Counted from the whole stretch's first letter, positions 35,649 to 48,765 are shown. The stretch: 63,302 bases of DNA, filler included, from Olpidium bornovanus S191 (GCA_017911155.1; 29 parts of 29 records of this genome joined end to end with filler, not necessarily neighbours in it); one strand, 5' to 3'. The notes: a model not told the origin generated them from the letters alone. Program-made: numbers and translations.

Positions 35649-36234
35649 ATGGCGGCCCGGATCGCTGAGGGCGGAGACAACGACGACGTGTTTCGGCTGA
35701 GGGAGCTGTTCCCTGAGGTGGACCCCGACGTATGCGGCGTCATCCTGTACGAGAACAACGGCGACATCGAGCGGGCCGTGAACCAGCTGCTGCAGCTCAC
35801 CGACCCGTCATACCGGCCCGACGACGACCACCCGCCACCCGGGTCGTCGCCGGGGGTGAGTCTTACCCCCTGGTTGTCGGGGCTTTTTTTTTCCGCCGGA
35901 AGGGCGCTTGAGGACTTCTTTTTGCCTCTCCGGGCTCGCGACCTGCCCTTCCTCACAAAGCAATTCACCTAGGGTGCGCGGGAGGCGAGGGGGGGCAGGC
36001 CGCAAAGAAAGGAAAAAAAAACGCGTTGCCGATATTTTTCTTTTTTAAAAAACCTCGGTCTTTTTTTTTTTTTTTGGTTTTCGCAGGCAAACCGGTCTTC
36101 AGAAACCGCTGCGCAGGTGCTGCAGGACGAGGAGTACGCCGCGCGGTTGCAGCAGGAGGAAGAAACCGAGCTGCGGAGGGCGGCGGAAGGGCGCCAGGCG
36201 AGCAACTCGCATCAACAGCATCAGGAACAAACTG
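35649..36234 (+). CDS. CUE-domain protein (Cue5-like), partial
   Basis: LRELFPEVDPDVCGVILYENNGDIERAVNQLLQLTDP (CUE FP...LL motif), then Q..QDEEYAARLQ. Confidence 0.78.
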
Positions 36235-36608
36235 GTCAGTTGAGGGGAAGTCCCGGAAGAGAGATATTAGGAGGGTCGAAGGGGAGAAAAAAAAGAAGAA
36301 ATAGGAGGAAAAAAGAAACCAACCGGGGGTTCTCGGGTCAGCGGGCGATCTCACCCACGCGAAAAAACAAATAAAATTTGCCCTCGCCTACCACGCGATT
36401 TCACCCCGGAGCAGACGTTCCGCTGGTTGATCAGCTCTCGGCGTTGGCAGACTGTACGTGAGTGCGTGCGGCGGTTTAGAGCAACGACGCAAGCGTCGTC
36501 GCGAAACAGCTGCTTTGGCCGTCCGCCCGTACACCCCCGCACCCTGTGCATGTTTGACGGCGCCAACTTCGCGCGATTTTTTTCTTTTTTTTTGCGACCG
36601 GGGCTTTG

Positions 36609-36642
<34 letters not shown>

Positions 36643-36742
36643 NNNNNNNNNNNNNNNNNNNNNNNNNNNNNNNNNNNNNNNNNNNNTTAATTAATTAANN
36701 NNNNNNNNNNNNNNNNNNNNNNNNNNNNNNNNNNNNNNNNNN

Positions 36743-37462
36743 AACATGGCCTTAGGTCAAAATTGCCAAACGGGACGTCCAAAAATTGCAACGTAGTTGA
36801 TAGCCCAGGATTGCATATCTCTGATAACTCGCTGAGCTCTCGCTGTTTATCCTTCTGTACCTTTGCAGATCTAAATTGTCAATCTGTTCAATGAGGCATG
36901 CCGTTTGACTGTTATTTTGGTCAATCTTTTTTCGAATCTCGTGGCAGCATTCGGTCATCGCATTGACGTCCGACTCTATTGCTGCTAATTCCTTCCGTCA
37001 AGGAAGTCGAGGTTTCGAGAGTCTGGAAATCAGGTAAGGTCTTCCAAGCCAACATTCTAACGCGCCGAAAGAGATTGCGCAAGGGGTCTTGACGGCTTTC
37101 TGTGCCGCGAATCGTACCTGGTCCAGCTTGCCGAACGCGTCGAGGAAATTCCGGTTAACTGCCACAGAGCGCCTTTCGATCTCGTTCCTGAGCGCCCTCC
37201 TCTTGGCCGCGGTGTTCACGCCGCAAAAGTCGGCGAGCGCGCCAAGCGCCACCTGAGTCTTCGAGTCGTCGACGGCAGACGCGGTCGACGCGGACAGGAC
37301 CGAAACCAGCTTCTGAGAAACGATCGTGCCGCTGCTCGCGGCGCCGGAAGAAAAGTTGAAGCTGGAAGCCGAGCTCGCCGCCGAGAACGGCGCCGGTGAA
37401 GGTGCGGGCTCGTTTGGCCCTACGGCAGCGAGGGATGCGTTCGACGGCCTAAGCCCGTCCAT
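36743..37462 (-). CDS. COG6: Conserved oligomeric Golgi complex subunit 6, N-terminal part
   Basis: QKLVSVL...ALGALADFCGVNTAAKRRALRNEIERRSVAVNRNFLDAF matches the COG6 N-terminal pattern. Confidence 0.8.
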
Positions 37463-37692
37463 GGAGGGCGGCAACACCGGCCGGGATGAAGACTTTCGCG
37501 GCAGGAAGTTGGCTGCCGTACAACCGCGTGCGGGCGCCGGGCTAAAGGCGTGAAGGACGCGAGCATGCAGTGGGCCCACGACCAACACGGCCAGCGTCGT
37601 TCCCGTCTGTAGGCGCGGGCGGCCGGGGATCCTGCGCCCTGCCTCTGCGGAAGGAGGCGGCACAGGGCTTAGCCCACTTCCCGCCGCGCCAC

Positions 37693-37743
<51 letters not shown>

Positions 37744-37771
37744 CGCCAGCGCGGGGGCGACCCCCCGCCCC

Positions 37772-37811
<40 letters not shown>

Positions 37812-38169
37812 AACCGGGGGCGGCACAGCGGCCGGGTCTACCCGGCAGCAGGCAGGCTCCTCCTGCGGATCGAAGCCAAGAAGAAGGAAGCATGTCTCGA
37901 CATGGGTATGATTGACCAACGGGAAAAAGCTGTCCACATCTAATGCCGCCATGACTTCGCCGCCGAGTTGATATCCTCCGTCCCAACTTCGCAATTACTG
38001 TAATGAGGTCACTCTAACCGGCCGCTGGCAATGGGTAGTGCAAACCTCCAAGTGACAATCGGCCGCTGGNNNNNNNNNNNNNNNNNNNNNNNNNNNNNNN
38101 NNNNNNNNNNNNNTTAATTAATTAANNNNNNNNNNNNNNNNNNNNNNNNNNNNNNNNNNNNNNNNNNNN

Positions 38170-39081
38170 CGCATGCGCCTGCGTCTATGATGTATGAGGA
38201 GCGTGACGTCTCGGAGCGGCCGACGGACGTCACGTGGCCGAACCACTTGCGCCACGTGGCTGTCGGACGCGTCGGCGGCTTCTCGTCTCGCGCCGGGACG
38301 GCCGTTCTGCTCAGGGATGTGCTGGACGCCGCCCGCGACCGTATGGAGGTACCGATACTCGAGGACCCGAAACGCTACGAAAAGCTGTTAAGCGGTGGAC
38401 TCCCCCGGCGTGACGTGGTTAATGAAGGGCTTATAACGGATGATGTGCTCGCTACGTTGGCGTCCAAGGAAGAACGTCTGACCGGCGACGAAGCCGCAAA
38501 GAAGATTGCGGACGTTCTGGGGATCAGCGCCGTTTATATCGAGGACTTCCGGTCAAAACACCGCAAAAGTTTAACGTTTGATCTGGAGAGGATGACGGAC
38601 CCGAACGGAAATACCGGCGTTCTACTGCAGTACACCCATGCCAGGCTATGCGGGTGCGCTCGTTTCGTTTTCGTCCTTTTTTGTAAGCCAATGCAATTGG
38701 TCCAGAGGGCTGACCCTCGCCCGTCTTCGCTTTCTCTCCCGGCTAAACATCCGCAGCATTGAGGTCAAATGCGGCATATCACTGGACATCTCCGCGGACC
38801 TGACTCCACTTCGGCATGACGAGGTGGCCAACGAACTTGTTCGCGAGCTTGCTGAGTATCCCTACGCCGTTCGGGACGCCCTTGTCTCCCTAGAGGCTTG
38901 CGCGATTGTGGATGCCCTCTTCCGGATCTCCAACGCCGCAAATCGTGCCCACCGGGTCCTCCGCGTCAAGGACGTCCCAAAGGAGGTCGCCCAGGCTCGT
39001 CTGCTCGTGTTCTGGGCTACTCGGGTTGTCCTGGGAAACGGGATGCGGTTGCTCGGCCTGAGGCCGTTGTATAGGATGTAG
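38170..39081 (+). CDS. Arginyl-tRNA synthetase, C-terminal part (yeast/mitochondrial type, divergent)
   Basis: HVAVGRVGGFSSRAG, LGISAV, GNTGVLLQYTHARLC, DALR anticodon-binding domain ending VLGNGMRLLGLRPLYRM*. Intron at about 38653-38756. Confidence 0.88.
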
Positions 39082-39870
39082 ACTCGGGAACGAGCCGGTT
39101 AGGTATGTGATGCGATGTTTGCGGAAAAACAAACAAGTTTGCCCGGCAGTGACTTGACACAGACGCAGACGAGCGCAGCTGTTGATATATCTGGCTGGGC
39201 GTGCGGCTCTTCCAGGCCCAAACCAATCCAGTAATGCCAGAGATGATTACGAGATTTTGCAGATAATCAGTGAGTCCGCAAATAGGCTACTGCCTGGTCA
39301 CTGCCTATTGGCCGCGGTGCCCGCCGACCTGCCTCCTTGATACGGGTTCGCAAGGCGACTTCCACGTCCGCTGAAAGTTTACAATAATTCCTGCCCACGC
39401 CTCCCATCGACGCCGTATCAAGGGCACGTGCGGCGCTTCATCTCAGGCTGGCCAATCCCTAGAAGTAGAGCGGCCGCTCCACATACAGATCGATAGCCGC
39501 AAATGTTTGTTATTACATTTTTGGTCGTTGGCAAATGCCCTCTGTGACCTGATACTCTGAGCACGGTTGCCGGCGGTGTCGGCATAGTCAAAAAAGTTCT
39601 GCGAAAATTCAATCGAACGCGGCTTTGGGGATGGCCCAGGCGGCAATTGAGCGTGTGGCCTGGAGCCGGGGCTAAGGTGGCAAAAGCTGCGTAAAACGTG
39701 CCGACATCAAGTGATGACGCGCCAGGGGCGAGGGGGACGCCGCAGAGGAGAGTCCCTCGTTTCGGCCTAGTCGCCTGGCAAAACTCACGTCCCCGTCGAT
39801 TATCCAGTAAAACTTGGATTAAAAAAAAGGACGCGAGCGCGCTTCCGATGATACTCTCGGATGAGCCCGT

Positions 39871-39940
<70 letters not shown>

Positions 39941-40049
39941 CCTCCGCCCNNNNNNNNNNNNNNNNNNNNNNNNNNNNNNNNNNNNNNNNNNNNTTAATTA
40001 ATTAANNNNNNNNNNNNNNNNNNNNNNNNNNNNNNNNNNNNNNNNNNNN

Positions 40050-40522
40050 ATGGCGTGCGTCGAAGAGGCGGAGCGGCGGCGCAGAGGCGATCGAAGGATG
40101 GCGTGCGTCGAAGCGCAGCAGCGAAGGCGGAGCGGCGGCTGCGGGAGCGCTGCTAACGGCGGCGAAGCGGTGACGGAGGGAGCGCCGACGCGTCAACAAC
40201 GGGAGGGGAAGGGGCGTCCCGTTGGGCTCATAACCTGTTAAAGTTATGTGTTTCGCCGCGGTGGGGCGTTGTATTTCGAACGCGTCAAGAGAGAAGCAGT
40301 AGTACAGGAACATTCAGGGGTTCCGACTAAAGGAAATAAAACAAAGAGAAACGAGAAGAGGACAAGGTTTCTAACATATGCCCTGTCAGTGGCATTCTCC
40401 CGACCCGTCCGGCGCCGGAAACTCTTGCCAAACCTACACATTTGAAATTTATATATACGCGCAGATATATACAGCACAGGGCTGTGCGACTCTGTGGTTC
40501 CACCGCAGCGCTCCCCCTAACA
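40050..40522 (-). mobile_element. Copia-like LTR (40522 or 40376 to 40236) plus PBS and leader with short tandem duplications
   Basis: Minus strand TGTTAG...TATATATAAA...CTTTAACA|GGTTATGAGCCCAAC; TGTTA/TAACA inverted termini. Confidence 0.65.
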
Positions 40523-41350
40523 ACCAAAACGGACACTAAGAAGCTCTAAGAACAAACGGGCTTAAACAGGGGCGGCTGCCAAACACAATTTAGTGTAGCA
40601 CCGAAACCCTTATGCGGAAAAGTGTTCGCGCGGGGGGAGTGGGCGGCGTTGATCGGCGACAGCTCCAAAACCTGTGGCTTACTGCCCGCAGCGTCTTTCA
40701 CTCCGATACCGCAAGGGCGCAGGTGCAAGAAAAACGGCCGGCGACAATCCGCGACCTCGTCGCGCTCCTGTCGGCGGGGAGGGCCAAGCTTCTCGCGGAA
40801 CAGCCTGTCCCCCGCGCTTCTTTCGACGTTCGCTGTCGGGAGTCTTCTACACGCCCCCGAGGGCTCGGGCGAGCGAGGGGGCCCCGGACGAAAGTCGTCC
40901 CAAACCCAGCAGCGGCGGAAGAAACTACGCATTCGCGTTTGGTTGAGGAATGCCGCAAAAGAAAGAAAGAAAAAGAAAAAAAAAAGGGCCAGAGGTTCCG
41001 GGAGAGAGCAGACGCGGGAGTCGGTGGGCGGCGCGTTGGATGTGAGTCCAGGAGGGGCGGCGCTGCCCCGATGGTCCCCCGGCAACCGACGTCCACGCGG
41101 CTTTCTGAGTCAGCAAAAAGAAATCCCGGTTTCGGTTTGCGGGCACAAAGCGGCGCAACGGCGGCGGCGGCGGCGGCGGGGAGATGGGCGGGGAGAAAGA
41201 GGCGTCTCCCTTTGTCCCGACCGCACTCGGCGGTCGCTCGCACGCGCTCTGGTCGACCTCCGACGGTGTAATTCGATCGCAATCAGATATTTGCATTTTT
41301 TTAAGAGGCGGTACCTGCCCCCTCTTCCCCCCCTCCCCAGGTTCTCTTTT

Positions 41351-41773
41351 CTATTTCGTTTTCTTCGCCTCCTCCTCCGACACGGGCGTCTTGTCCGCCA
41401 ACACGGCCATCGCGATGAACGCGAACCCGATGACGTTCGCGACCACTACGGCCGAGATGGCCGCGTACGTCGTCGCGGAGCGCGTTGCTGCAACACGAAA
41501 GCGGACAGGAGGTGGCGGGAAGTGGGTTGGCGAACACCCCCGTTTAGAACAAGGATTTTCCGTTTCGCGGGGAGGGAGGGGGGAGGGGGCAAAACGGCCA
41601 AAAAATAATAATAAAAAAAACCGCGGCCACGTGCATTTGGCGACCGCGGGAGGGGGAGGGGAGAATGGCGTCGCTGCTCACCGGCAAACAAGGCGCGCTC
41701 CGTGTACAGGTAAGTGGATATCGGCAGTAGCGCCAGGAGAAGCGCGAAAATTATCGCTTTAGCCGCCGTCTTC
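41351..41773 (-). CDS. VMA21: V-ATPase assembly factor Vma21, last two exons; absent from the ORF track
   Basis: Own translation: KTAAKAIIFALLLALLPISTYLYTERALFA|ATRSATTYAAISAVVVANVIGFAFIAMAVLADKTPVSEEEAKKTK*; two TM helices and a KKxx ER-retrieval end. Confidence 0.75.
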
Positions 41774-41834
41774 CTAGGTTAAGCACGGGGTTACCCGGCG
41801 GAGGGGGGCGAGGTGGGAGGGGGGGGGGGTCGGG

Positions 41835-41874
<40 letters not shown>

Positions 41875-42134
41875 GGCGCGCTCAGAGGGGAATTCGTGCT
41901 TCACGCCGTCGCTCAAAACCAAAATACAAGCCCACTCCTCCCGTTTCCCGCCCGATGACGACGACGACGACGGCGACGACGACCACCACCATGACNNNNN
42001 NNNNNNNNNNNNNNNNNNNNNNNNNNNNNNNNNNNNNNNTTAATTAATTAANNNNNNNNNNNNNNNNNNNNNNNNNNNNNNNNNNNNNNNNNNNNCAAAA
42101 AAAAAAAAAAAAAAAAAAAAAAAAACGAAACCGT

Positions 42135-42572
42135 ACCAACAGCCCCTGCAACACCGCCAGCGACCAAGTTAAAAAGAGGACTTGCGGTTTTAGCATTGAG
42201 TTTCTGGGCAGCCGGCGCAAATTTGATGAGAGCCACGAGGTGATACTAATGTCAGCACGCACGTATCCCACCGATACCCACACGCCGACCCACACACCCT
42301 CTCCACGGCGCGCAATCCGAGAATCAACTTGGCCTTGAAGCCTCGTCATCGTCACAAAGAATGCGCTCTAAAACTAACAAACCCGAAATGACGCAGCGAA
42401 GGGACACGACTGGCTGTTGTTCGCCTTTGCCGGGCGCGCATCTGTTGCTCTTTTCATCCGCTCCACTCACGTCAGGGGCGCTGGTCCCGGTTTTCTTTCC
42501 CTTTGTGCTTGCGGCGGCTGCCGCCGCGGCAACGGCGCCTGGTGCGGCCGCGGTGGTGGCCGTGCTGCTCAT
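42135..42572 (-). CDS. Mitochondrial carrier family protein, N-terminal fragment
   Basis: KTASPLFNLVAGGVAGAV is typical of carrier helix 1; truncated before the PxDxxK motif. Confidence 0.5.
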
Positions 42573-43203
42573 GACGCCGGTTCCGAGAAGCGCCACTCGC
42601 CTGATTGGAGAGGAACGGGGGGGCGGTCCCCGGTGGTTCCGGCTGATGTTAGCCGGCAAAAAAAAAAAAAAAAAAAAAAAAAAACCCCCCTTCCTTTCTG
42701 CTCTTTCTTTTTCTCTTTTTTTCCTTCTTCGTCTTTCAACTTGCGCATCTACGAGAGTTGTTCAAGATGGCACGTGCGGGAGGAAGATGTTTGCTTTCTG
42801 CGCGGCGGCAAACCACATCACGCTGTGTCACGTTTTGCCAGCGCGCGAGAAGTGAAGGACTTTTACTTCCACAGGCAGTGGCCGAACGAGGACGGGGACG
42901 GGAAGACGGGCAGGAGCTTTCTGTTTTCAGCTGTTCGCCCAGTTGTAGAATCTCTACGGAATACAGGCGTATTTGTACCTCAAAGGCGTTGCGAGTTTAC
43001 GGAAGGAGGAAAGGGGTGAACGGGGGATTTCTGCCGGAGCCACGAGGGCACCGCCCCCCTTCGTTTCAACACCCCACCTCTCCTAGGAAATCGATATCCC
43101 ATGNNNNNNNNNNNNNNNNNNNNNNNNNNNNNNNNNNNNNNNNNNNNTTAATTAATTAANNNNNNNNNNNNNNNNNNNNNNNNNNNNNNNNNNNNNNNNN
43201 NNN

Positions 43204-44119
43204 CCCGGCTGGCCGATCCACTTTTGACGGCGTCACGGCGCCAAATAAACCTCCTACGGACCGCGCAGGTGACGGGCCTATCTCGTCCGGCTCGGTGCAC
43301 ATCTGCAGGCGCCGTGCGAGCGGAGCCCTACCGCCGGGCGTTGTTGACGGAGGACCCATTGATCCACAGCTGCGAGGGGAATTCATGACGTGTTGGCGAC
43401 CGGCCTTCGTCGGCGTCGCCAAGTCCGCGAAGGGACTCCTACCCGGGGTCTTTGCCGCGCTTGTCGATTTCGCGGTCGGAGTCATCGCGACGCGCACCTT
43501 CGGCACAGGCGACGCCACGAAGAGCGTCCTTCCGGCGTCGGCCGCCTCTGCCGTTGTGAGCATCGACGGCCTTTCCTCCTCTTTCCTGACGGGATCGGAC
43601 GTCCGCTTCTTGGGCGTCGCAAGCGAGCTTTCCGCCACGTTGGCCAGATCAGCACGAGCTTTTTCCGGGGCGGACGAGCACGGCATCCGCCTCGCCGTTG
43701 GGGCCGACATCCTCATGCTCAGTTTCTTGTACTTTTCGTACCGCTTGTACTTGCGGGCTTGCAACGAGTAATAAGGATGCCGCTCAAAAACGTCAACTCG
43801 GACAAGCCTAAACGCGAAGTATGGCGTCGAGGGAGGAGGTGGTGGTGGGGGGGGGGAAGTGTGCGCTTTACGCACCCACTTCAGGAACGGTGAGAATGTC
43901 CTGGGGCGTCGCGTCGCGGCCGTGCTCGGCGCGAAATCGGACCTCCCACAATTTGAGTTCCTTCTTGAGCTGCGCACGCGCGAGGGCGGGGTCCGGCGTG
44001 GCCAGGCGCCCGGCGATCTCGCCAGCGGCCGGCAGCACCGGCGGCGACTGAGGAGGCGCGGCCATTGGCGCGGCCGGCTTGGCGGCGGCAGGGACGATGT
44101 TCCGAGGGTCGACAGGCAT
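43204..44119 (-). CDS. SLD2: Sld2/Drc1 replication initiation protein, N-terminal part
   Basis: QLKKELKLWEVRFRAEHGRDATPQDIL...|ARKYKRYEKYK (Sld2/RecQ4 N-terminal domain) followed by many TP/SP CDK sites. Confidence 0.78.
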
Positions 44120-44457
44120 GTTGCGAGTCGGCGGAAGGGAGAGGAGCCTTTCCGCGCAGACGCGGCAAGCAGACAGCCGCCACCTGGCGCGCGCGCGGGG
44201 CTCCGCAGGGCGGGCTCTCGGGGGCGGGCTCTCGGCGGGCCGAAATCCCCGCCGGCGTCCGCCGGCGCTCGTGCGCTCCGCCGTTGAACGCGTCCGCTCC
44301 CGTTCCGGGCGCGGGGCTGCTTCCGCGGCAAGAAGGCCGGCGGCCACTCGCGCCCCATTCCCCTTCCCCATCCCCGCGCCGCCACCGCCGCCCGCCGCCA
44401 CCGCCGCCCGCCGCCCGCCGCCCGCCGCCGCTCCCCATCCCGCTCTGCCCCCCGGCA

Positions 44458-45843
44458 ATGGCACCGATCACCCGGGCCGTCCCGGGCGCCGAACCCGCCT
44501 TCCCCGCCGACCCCCCGCCCCTGTTGCCGCAAGTGCCCGTGCTTGCCGACAGAGTCAGTTGTCCGCGGGAACGCACGCGCGCCGTGTTCGCCGTCCTCCG
44601 CCGTCCTCACCCGTCAAACCCGGCACTCGGCTCCCTGTCCCGCAGGACGGCGTGCGCCTGCGCGTGCTCGCAAGCTTCTGGGCGGTCGTGCTCGTCGGCC
44701 TGCCGTTCTGGTGGGTCACCACGGAGACGTACAGAGCCCCGCTGCCGTACAACGAGATCGACTCGTGGCTGGAAACGAAGGTACGTTTCTCCGTCGCGTG
44801 AGAGCGCCTGCGCCGCCTGTGGCGAGGAGGAGCGCGGAAGAGATGGCGGCAGCCGCGACGGTGGCGGAGGACCCCGTGGGTGCCGTCAGGCGGCTGAACA
44901 ACGAGCGTGCATCCACCTCTGCGTGCCGTCCCCTGTTGTCCTCGGACATGCCCGCCGGTCCGGCGAAAGGCGTGCGACGTGCGCATATCCACCCGCGTCA
45001 CGCTTCACCTTCCAGATGCGTGGGACCCGCCGTCCTTCGCTCGCGAGGTTTCCGAGGCACTGGCAGCCACGACCGAGGATTTCTGGAACTCATGGGAAAA
45101 GTCCGGCCATGCCGTCCCCGAGGCGTCCGGCATCCGGCTGCCAGTGGTGGTCAGCGGGGAGTTCCTGAGTCGTGAAGGGCAGGACGCAGCGAGGATCGCC
45201 GGTAAGAATTTTGCAGAGAAACCTCTCCACAAGTTTCGTTGCCGGGATCACTTTCCAGGCGTGCGTGCGCCCGCTTTTATGGCGGCGGGTAATTCTTTGC
45301 CGTATTTCGCTTCCGTGCTGGGCGTTTTCCGAAAAGAGCGGGATCTGAAGGCCATCCGGGAGTTCGTCGCTTCAAAGGGTCATGTCGTGTCGAAGCCCGG
45401 GCAATACCACGTGTACATTTCCCCAGGAGCTGTCAAAGGCAAAACTTTCATCTGGGTGGCGGAACAGCGGTATGCGTGTATCGTGACGCCGAAAGGTACA
45501 CGCTAAACGCGAAGCGTGGATCGTCCGGGCGTCTCCACTGTGTCTCCACGCCAGTCATTTGATGACTGTTCCTCTTTTGTTGTGCGGCCTGCAGAAAACG
45601 CGGAGAAGGCCGTGTCGGACATCCTGGCTTCCGTCTTCCTGCCCGATCATGCCCGGCTCGCTGACTCGGCCCGCGAGCTCGTCGCCGGGGCGCGGGACGC
45701 CGAGGCCGCCGCAGAGCGCGGGGTCTTGGGAAACCGTAACGGTCAGCTGGTTGCATTCAACCGGGAACGGTCTGCCGCGGACGCCGCCCGCGTCGTGACG
45801 TACTCGCCGCGGTACAGGATCACGTTCAGCCTCATGATCGCCG
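44458..45843 (+). CDS. GPI17: GPI transamidase subunit PIG-S/Gpi17, 3'-truncated
   Basis: RLRVLASFWAVVLVGLPFWWVTTETYRAPLP and SPRYRITFSL motifs. Confidence 0.88.
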
Positions 45844-45955
45844 NNNNNNNNNNNNNNNNNNNNNNNNNNNNNNNNNNNNNNNNNNNNTTAATTAATTAAN
45901 NNNNNNNNNNNNNNNNNNNNNNNNNNNNNNNNNNNNNNNNNNNATGAAGCGGGGT

Positions 45956-46009
<54 letters not shown>

Positions 46010-46914
46010 GGGAGGGGGGGGGGGGCAGCGGGCGGCTGCTGCGGCCGCGGCGCGGCGCGGGCGGGAGGGGAGGCTGGGGTGATCGGAGAGCGGCCTAGAG
46101 GAGGGATCCTCCCGGGCGGTGCTGCTGAAAGATGGGTGTCGTGCGTGTGGGGGGTGTGTGTCGGTGTGGGCGGGGGAGACGAGGGCCGGACGTGCGGGGG
46201 GCGGGAGGGGGGCGCACGCCAACAACCCTTCCCCACAAAAACAAAACCCGCCCCGCCCGCTCGCACCAAACCCCCCCCCCGCCCGCGCGCCCGCCCGCTT
46301 AACCCAACCCGACCTCCCCCCGCCGCTCAGAGGAAAACGGAGCGCTGTCAACGCGCCGGGGGGGAGGAAGGGAAGGAAGCGGGGTCGAAACCGGGCCGGG
46401 ATAAAAACCTGGTGAAACCCGTGGCGGGGCCGTGTGGACGACTGCCCCGCGGGCAACGCCACTTCGACAGGCCGCGCTTGACGTCGGAAGACGACGTACC
46501 ACGCCGGGCAAAAAACAACGGGGCCGGGGGGCGCGCGTCGGCCTTGGATACGTGTGCGAGCGGATGCCGAACGGAAAGGTTGCGGTAACCATGGTGATAA
46601 AGAACGAAAGTGCGGTTGATCTTCCAAACGGGGGAGAAATAAAATAAAGGGTAGGCCTTCCCCACCCTCCCATTTTTTCCGGAGCGGCAATCCGATAACC
46701 TCTTTCTCGATCGCCCTGTGCGCCTATGAAACCTATAAATTCTCCCCTTTCACCCCCCCCCCTCCCACTTTTCTTTCATTAAGGCGTCGCTTGAGGTGCA
46801 GAGTGCCGCAAAACGCAATGCCCGTTATGCGAGAGCGGGACGGTCAAAGTTTTATTTGGCTCAACGTGGTCTCGGCGTTACGAATCGCGTGAGGCTGCTG
46901 AGCCCGAGCAAATA

Positions 46915-47377
46915 CAGTCGTCCCTCTCATACTTTATAATCTGATACTTAATAACCTCTGCTACTTTATACATTTCAGCTTCCACCGACATTGTTCTATG
47001 GCTGATGCTTTATAATTAATAGCTTATAAGAAAATGGGGACTTATAAGATAGTAGAGGGAGCAGTTTGAACGGATAATGGAGATCAGCTAGCAAAAAATT
47101 AGGAGCGGGAAAGATAGAACACTACTTTCGGATCCAGGAAGCAAGACTGTGTTGAGTTACGGATTTATGGCAGAGTTCAAACAGGACGTTACGAAGGACT
47201 TTGTGAGCATTGCGGTGCTCCTCCTTGGATAGATCAAGAAGAGATGCAGCAACTCCAAGGCTCTGAAGCTTTTCAGCCTTTGTAACCGTCGGGGCCTGCT
47301 CCTCCTCAGCATTGTCCTCCTCTTGATTCTCGCCTTCCTGAACCACAGCCAGGATTTCCTCGTCCGTCAGCTCCATG
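46915..47377 (-). mobile_element. 3' end of a pogo/Tigger transposon with TIR and TA target site
   Basis: TA|CAGTCGTCCCTCTC at 46913-46928; transposase tail ELTDEEILAVVQE...EKLQSL...QHSLASWIRK*. Confidence 0.75.
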
Positions 47378-47576
47378 NNNNNNNNNNNNNNNNNNNNNNN
47401 NNNNNNNNNNNNNNNNNNNNNTTAATTAATTAANNNNNNNNNNNNNNNNNNNNNNNNNNNNNNNNNNNNNNNNNNNNGGGAATCCCCCTCCCCCCCTCCC
47501 CGGCCCGCGCCCCAAGACGGGCACTTCGCGCGGAGTTTCCGCGAACGGCAGCACGCGGCAGACGGGAGCGACTTAC

Positions 47577-48651
47577 TGCCGCGCTTGCAGAATCATGAAC
47601 TCCTTCCGCTTCCGCAGCACTTCTTGTCGCTGCGCCGGGCTGGCCGCCCACGCCTTTTCCGGCGCTACCGGTACGAAGTCCGTTTTCGCCTGGAGGTTGT
47701 ACCGTTGCACAAGATTATTATGGGTAACTGACGCAGAAGAGGAAGATGACGCGCCGGCTGCCGGAATTGGCGCCCCCGAGTTGTCCAAAGGCGGGGGAGG
47801 CTATCCAACGTAAAAACAAAAAAACGTCATTGGCGAAACCACGTTTGAGAACGTCAGCGGAGGAGAGACGCGAGAACGCGTCCCGGGTGACTTCCGTACC
47901 ATTGGTAAACTTCCGTTCGTGAGAATGTTGTCGCAGGTCTTGGCGACAGAACCAGTCCGGCTGAGATCTGCTCGGATAGCTTCCACCCTCACGTCAGGAA
48001 ACATGCTCTGCACTGTTGCGACCTGCGCATGTTTCGGGCACATAGAAGCAGTTTTGGTTTCCCCGCTTGAGTTGTCCAGTGGCTCAAACAGTTTCACAAA
48101 ACGCGACGTTGAAAAAAACTTTTTCTGCCGACCATTTCGGGAGTGAACGGCCGCCTTTGGGCGGCACCGCCGTGACCTATCCTTGTCGACAAACTTGAGG
48201 CACCGGAACCGCGGGACCCTTGGCCGGGAGAACTGCCTGGGAACGAAACCATTATAAACGGCAAAGCGTTCAACCTATGATCAGCCAAGCCGGCTATCGC
48301 GGCGCAGACGTCCTTGCTCCACGCCCAGGCAGGGGAATGTTTTTTTTTTTGTCTCTTTCCGTTTGCTCAATGCCGCGCGCGTCGCTCAAAAGAAAACAAA
48401 AAAAAAATGCCGGGAGTTTTGCGCGAGAACCCCGTCCGTGGCGAGTGAAACATCCTTGCACCCCGCGAGCCGCGAAACGACTAACGTTCCCTTTCCCCTT
48501 CCCCGCCCGGTTGAAACAACAAGCAGGGGCGGTGGAAGGAGCGAGACGACCGCCCCCGGAAAGCGGCCGTCCCGGGCGGGGGCCCTCGCAACCTGTCCGG
48601 GGGAGGAGGAGGGGGGTTCTCTTTCTCTCCGGGGCGGGCGGGCGGCTGCGG

Positions 48652-48686
<35 letters not shown>

Positions 48687-48720
48687 GGGGGGGGGGGGGG
48701 GGGGGGGGGGGGGGTTTTTC

Positions 48721-48765
<45 letters not shown>

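Noticed and set aside
40223-40235. TGGGCTCATAACC as an initiator tRNA gene
   Set aside because: Only the anticodon-arm 13-mer is present, with no cloverleaf; better explained as a copia PBS.
41351-41773. VMA10 and VMA21 in one window as a V-ATPase cluster; likewise LeuRS, ArgRS and eEF3 as a translation cluster
   Set aside because: They lie on different contigs joined artificially; only LeuRS and eEF3 paralog A share a contig.
46590-46673. LYFISPPFG resembling a DHODH-like N-terminus
   Set aside because: Similarity does not extend beyond six residues.
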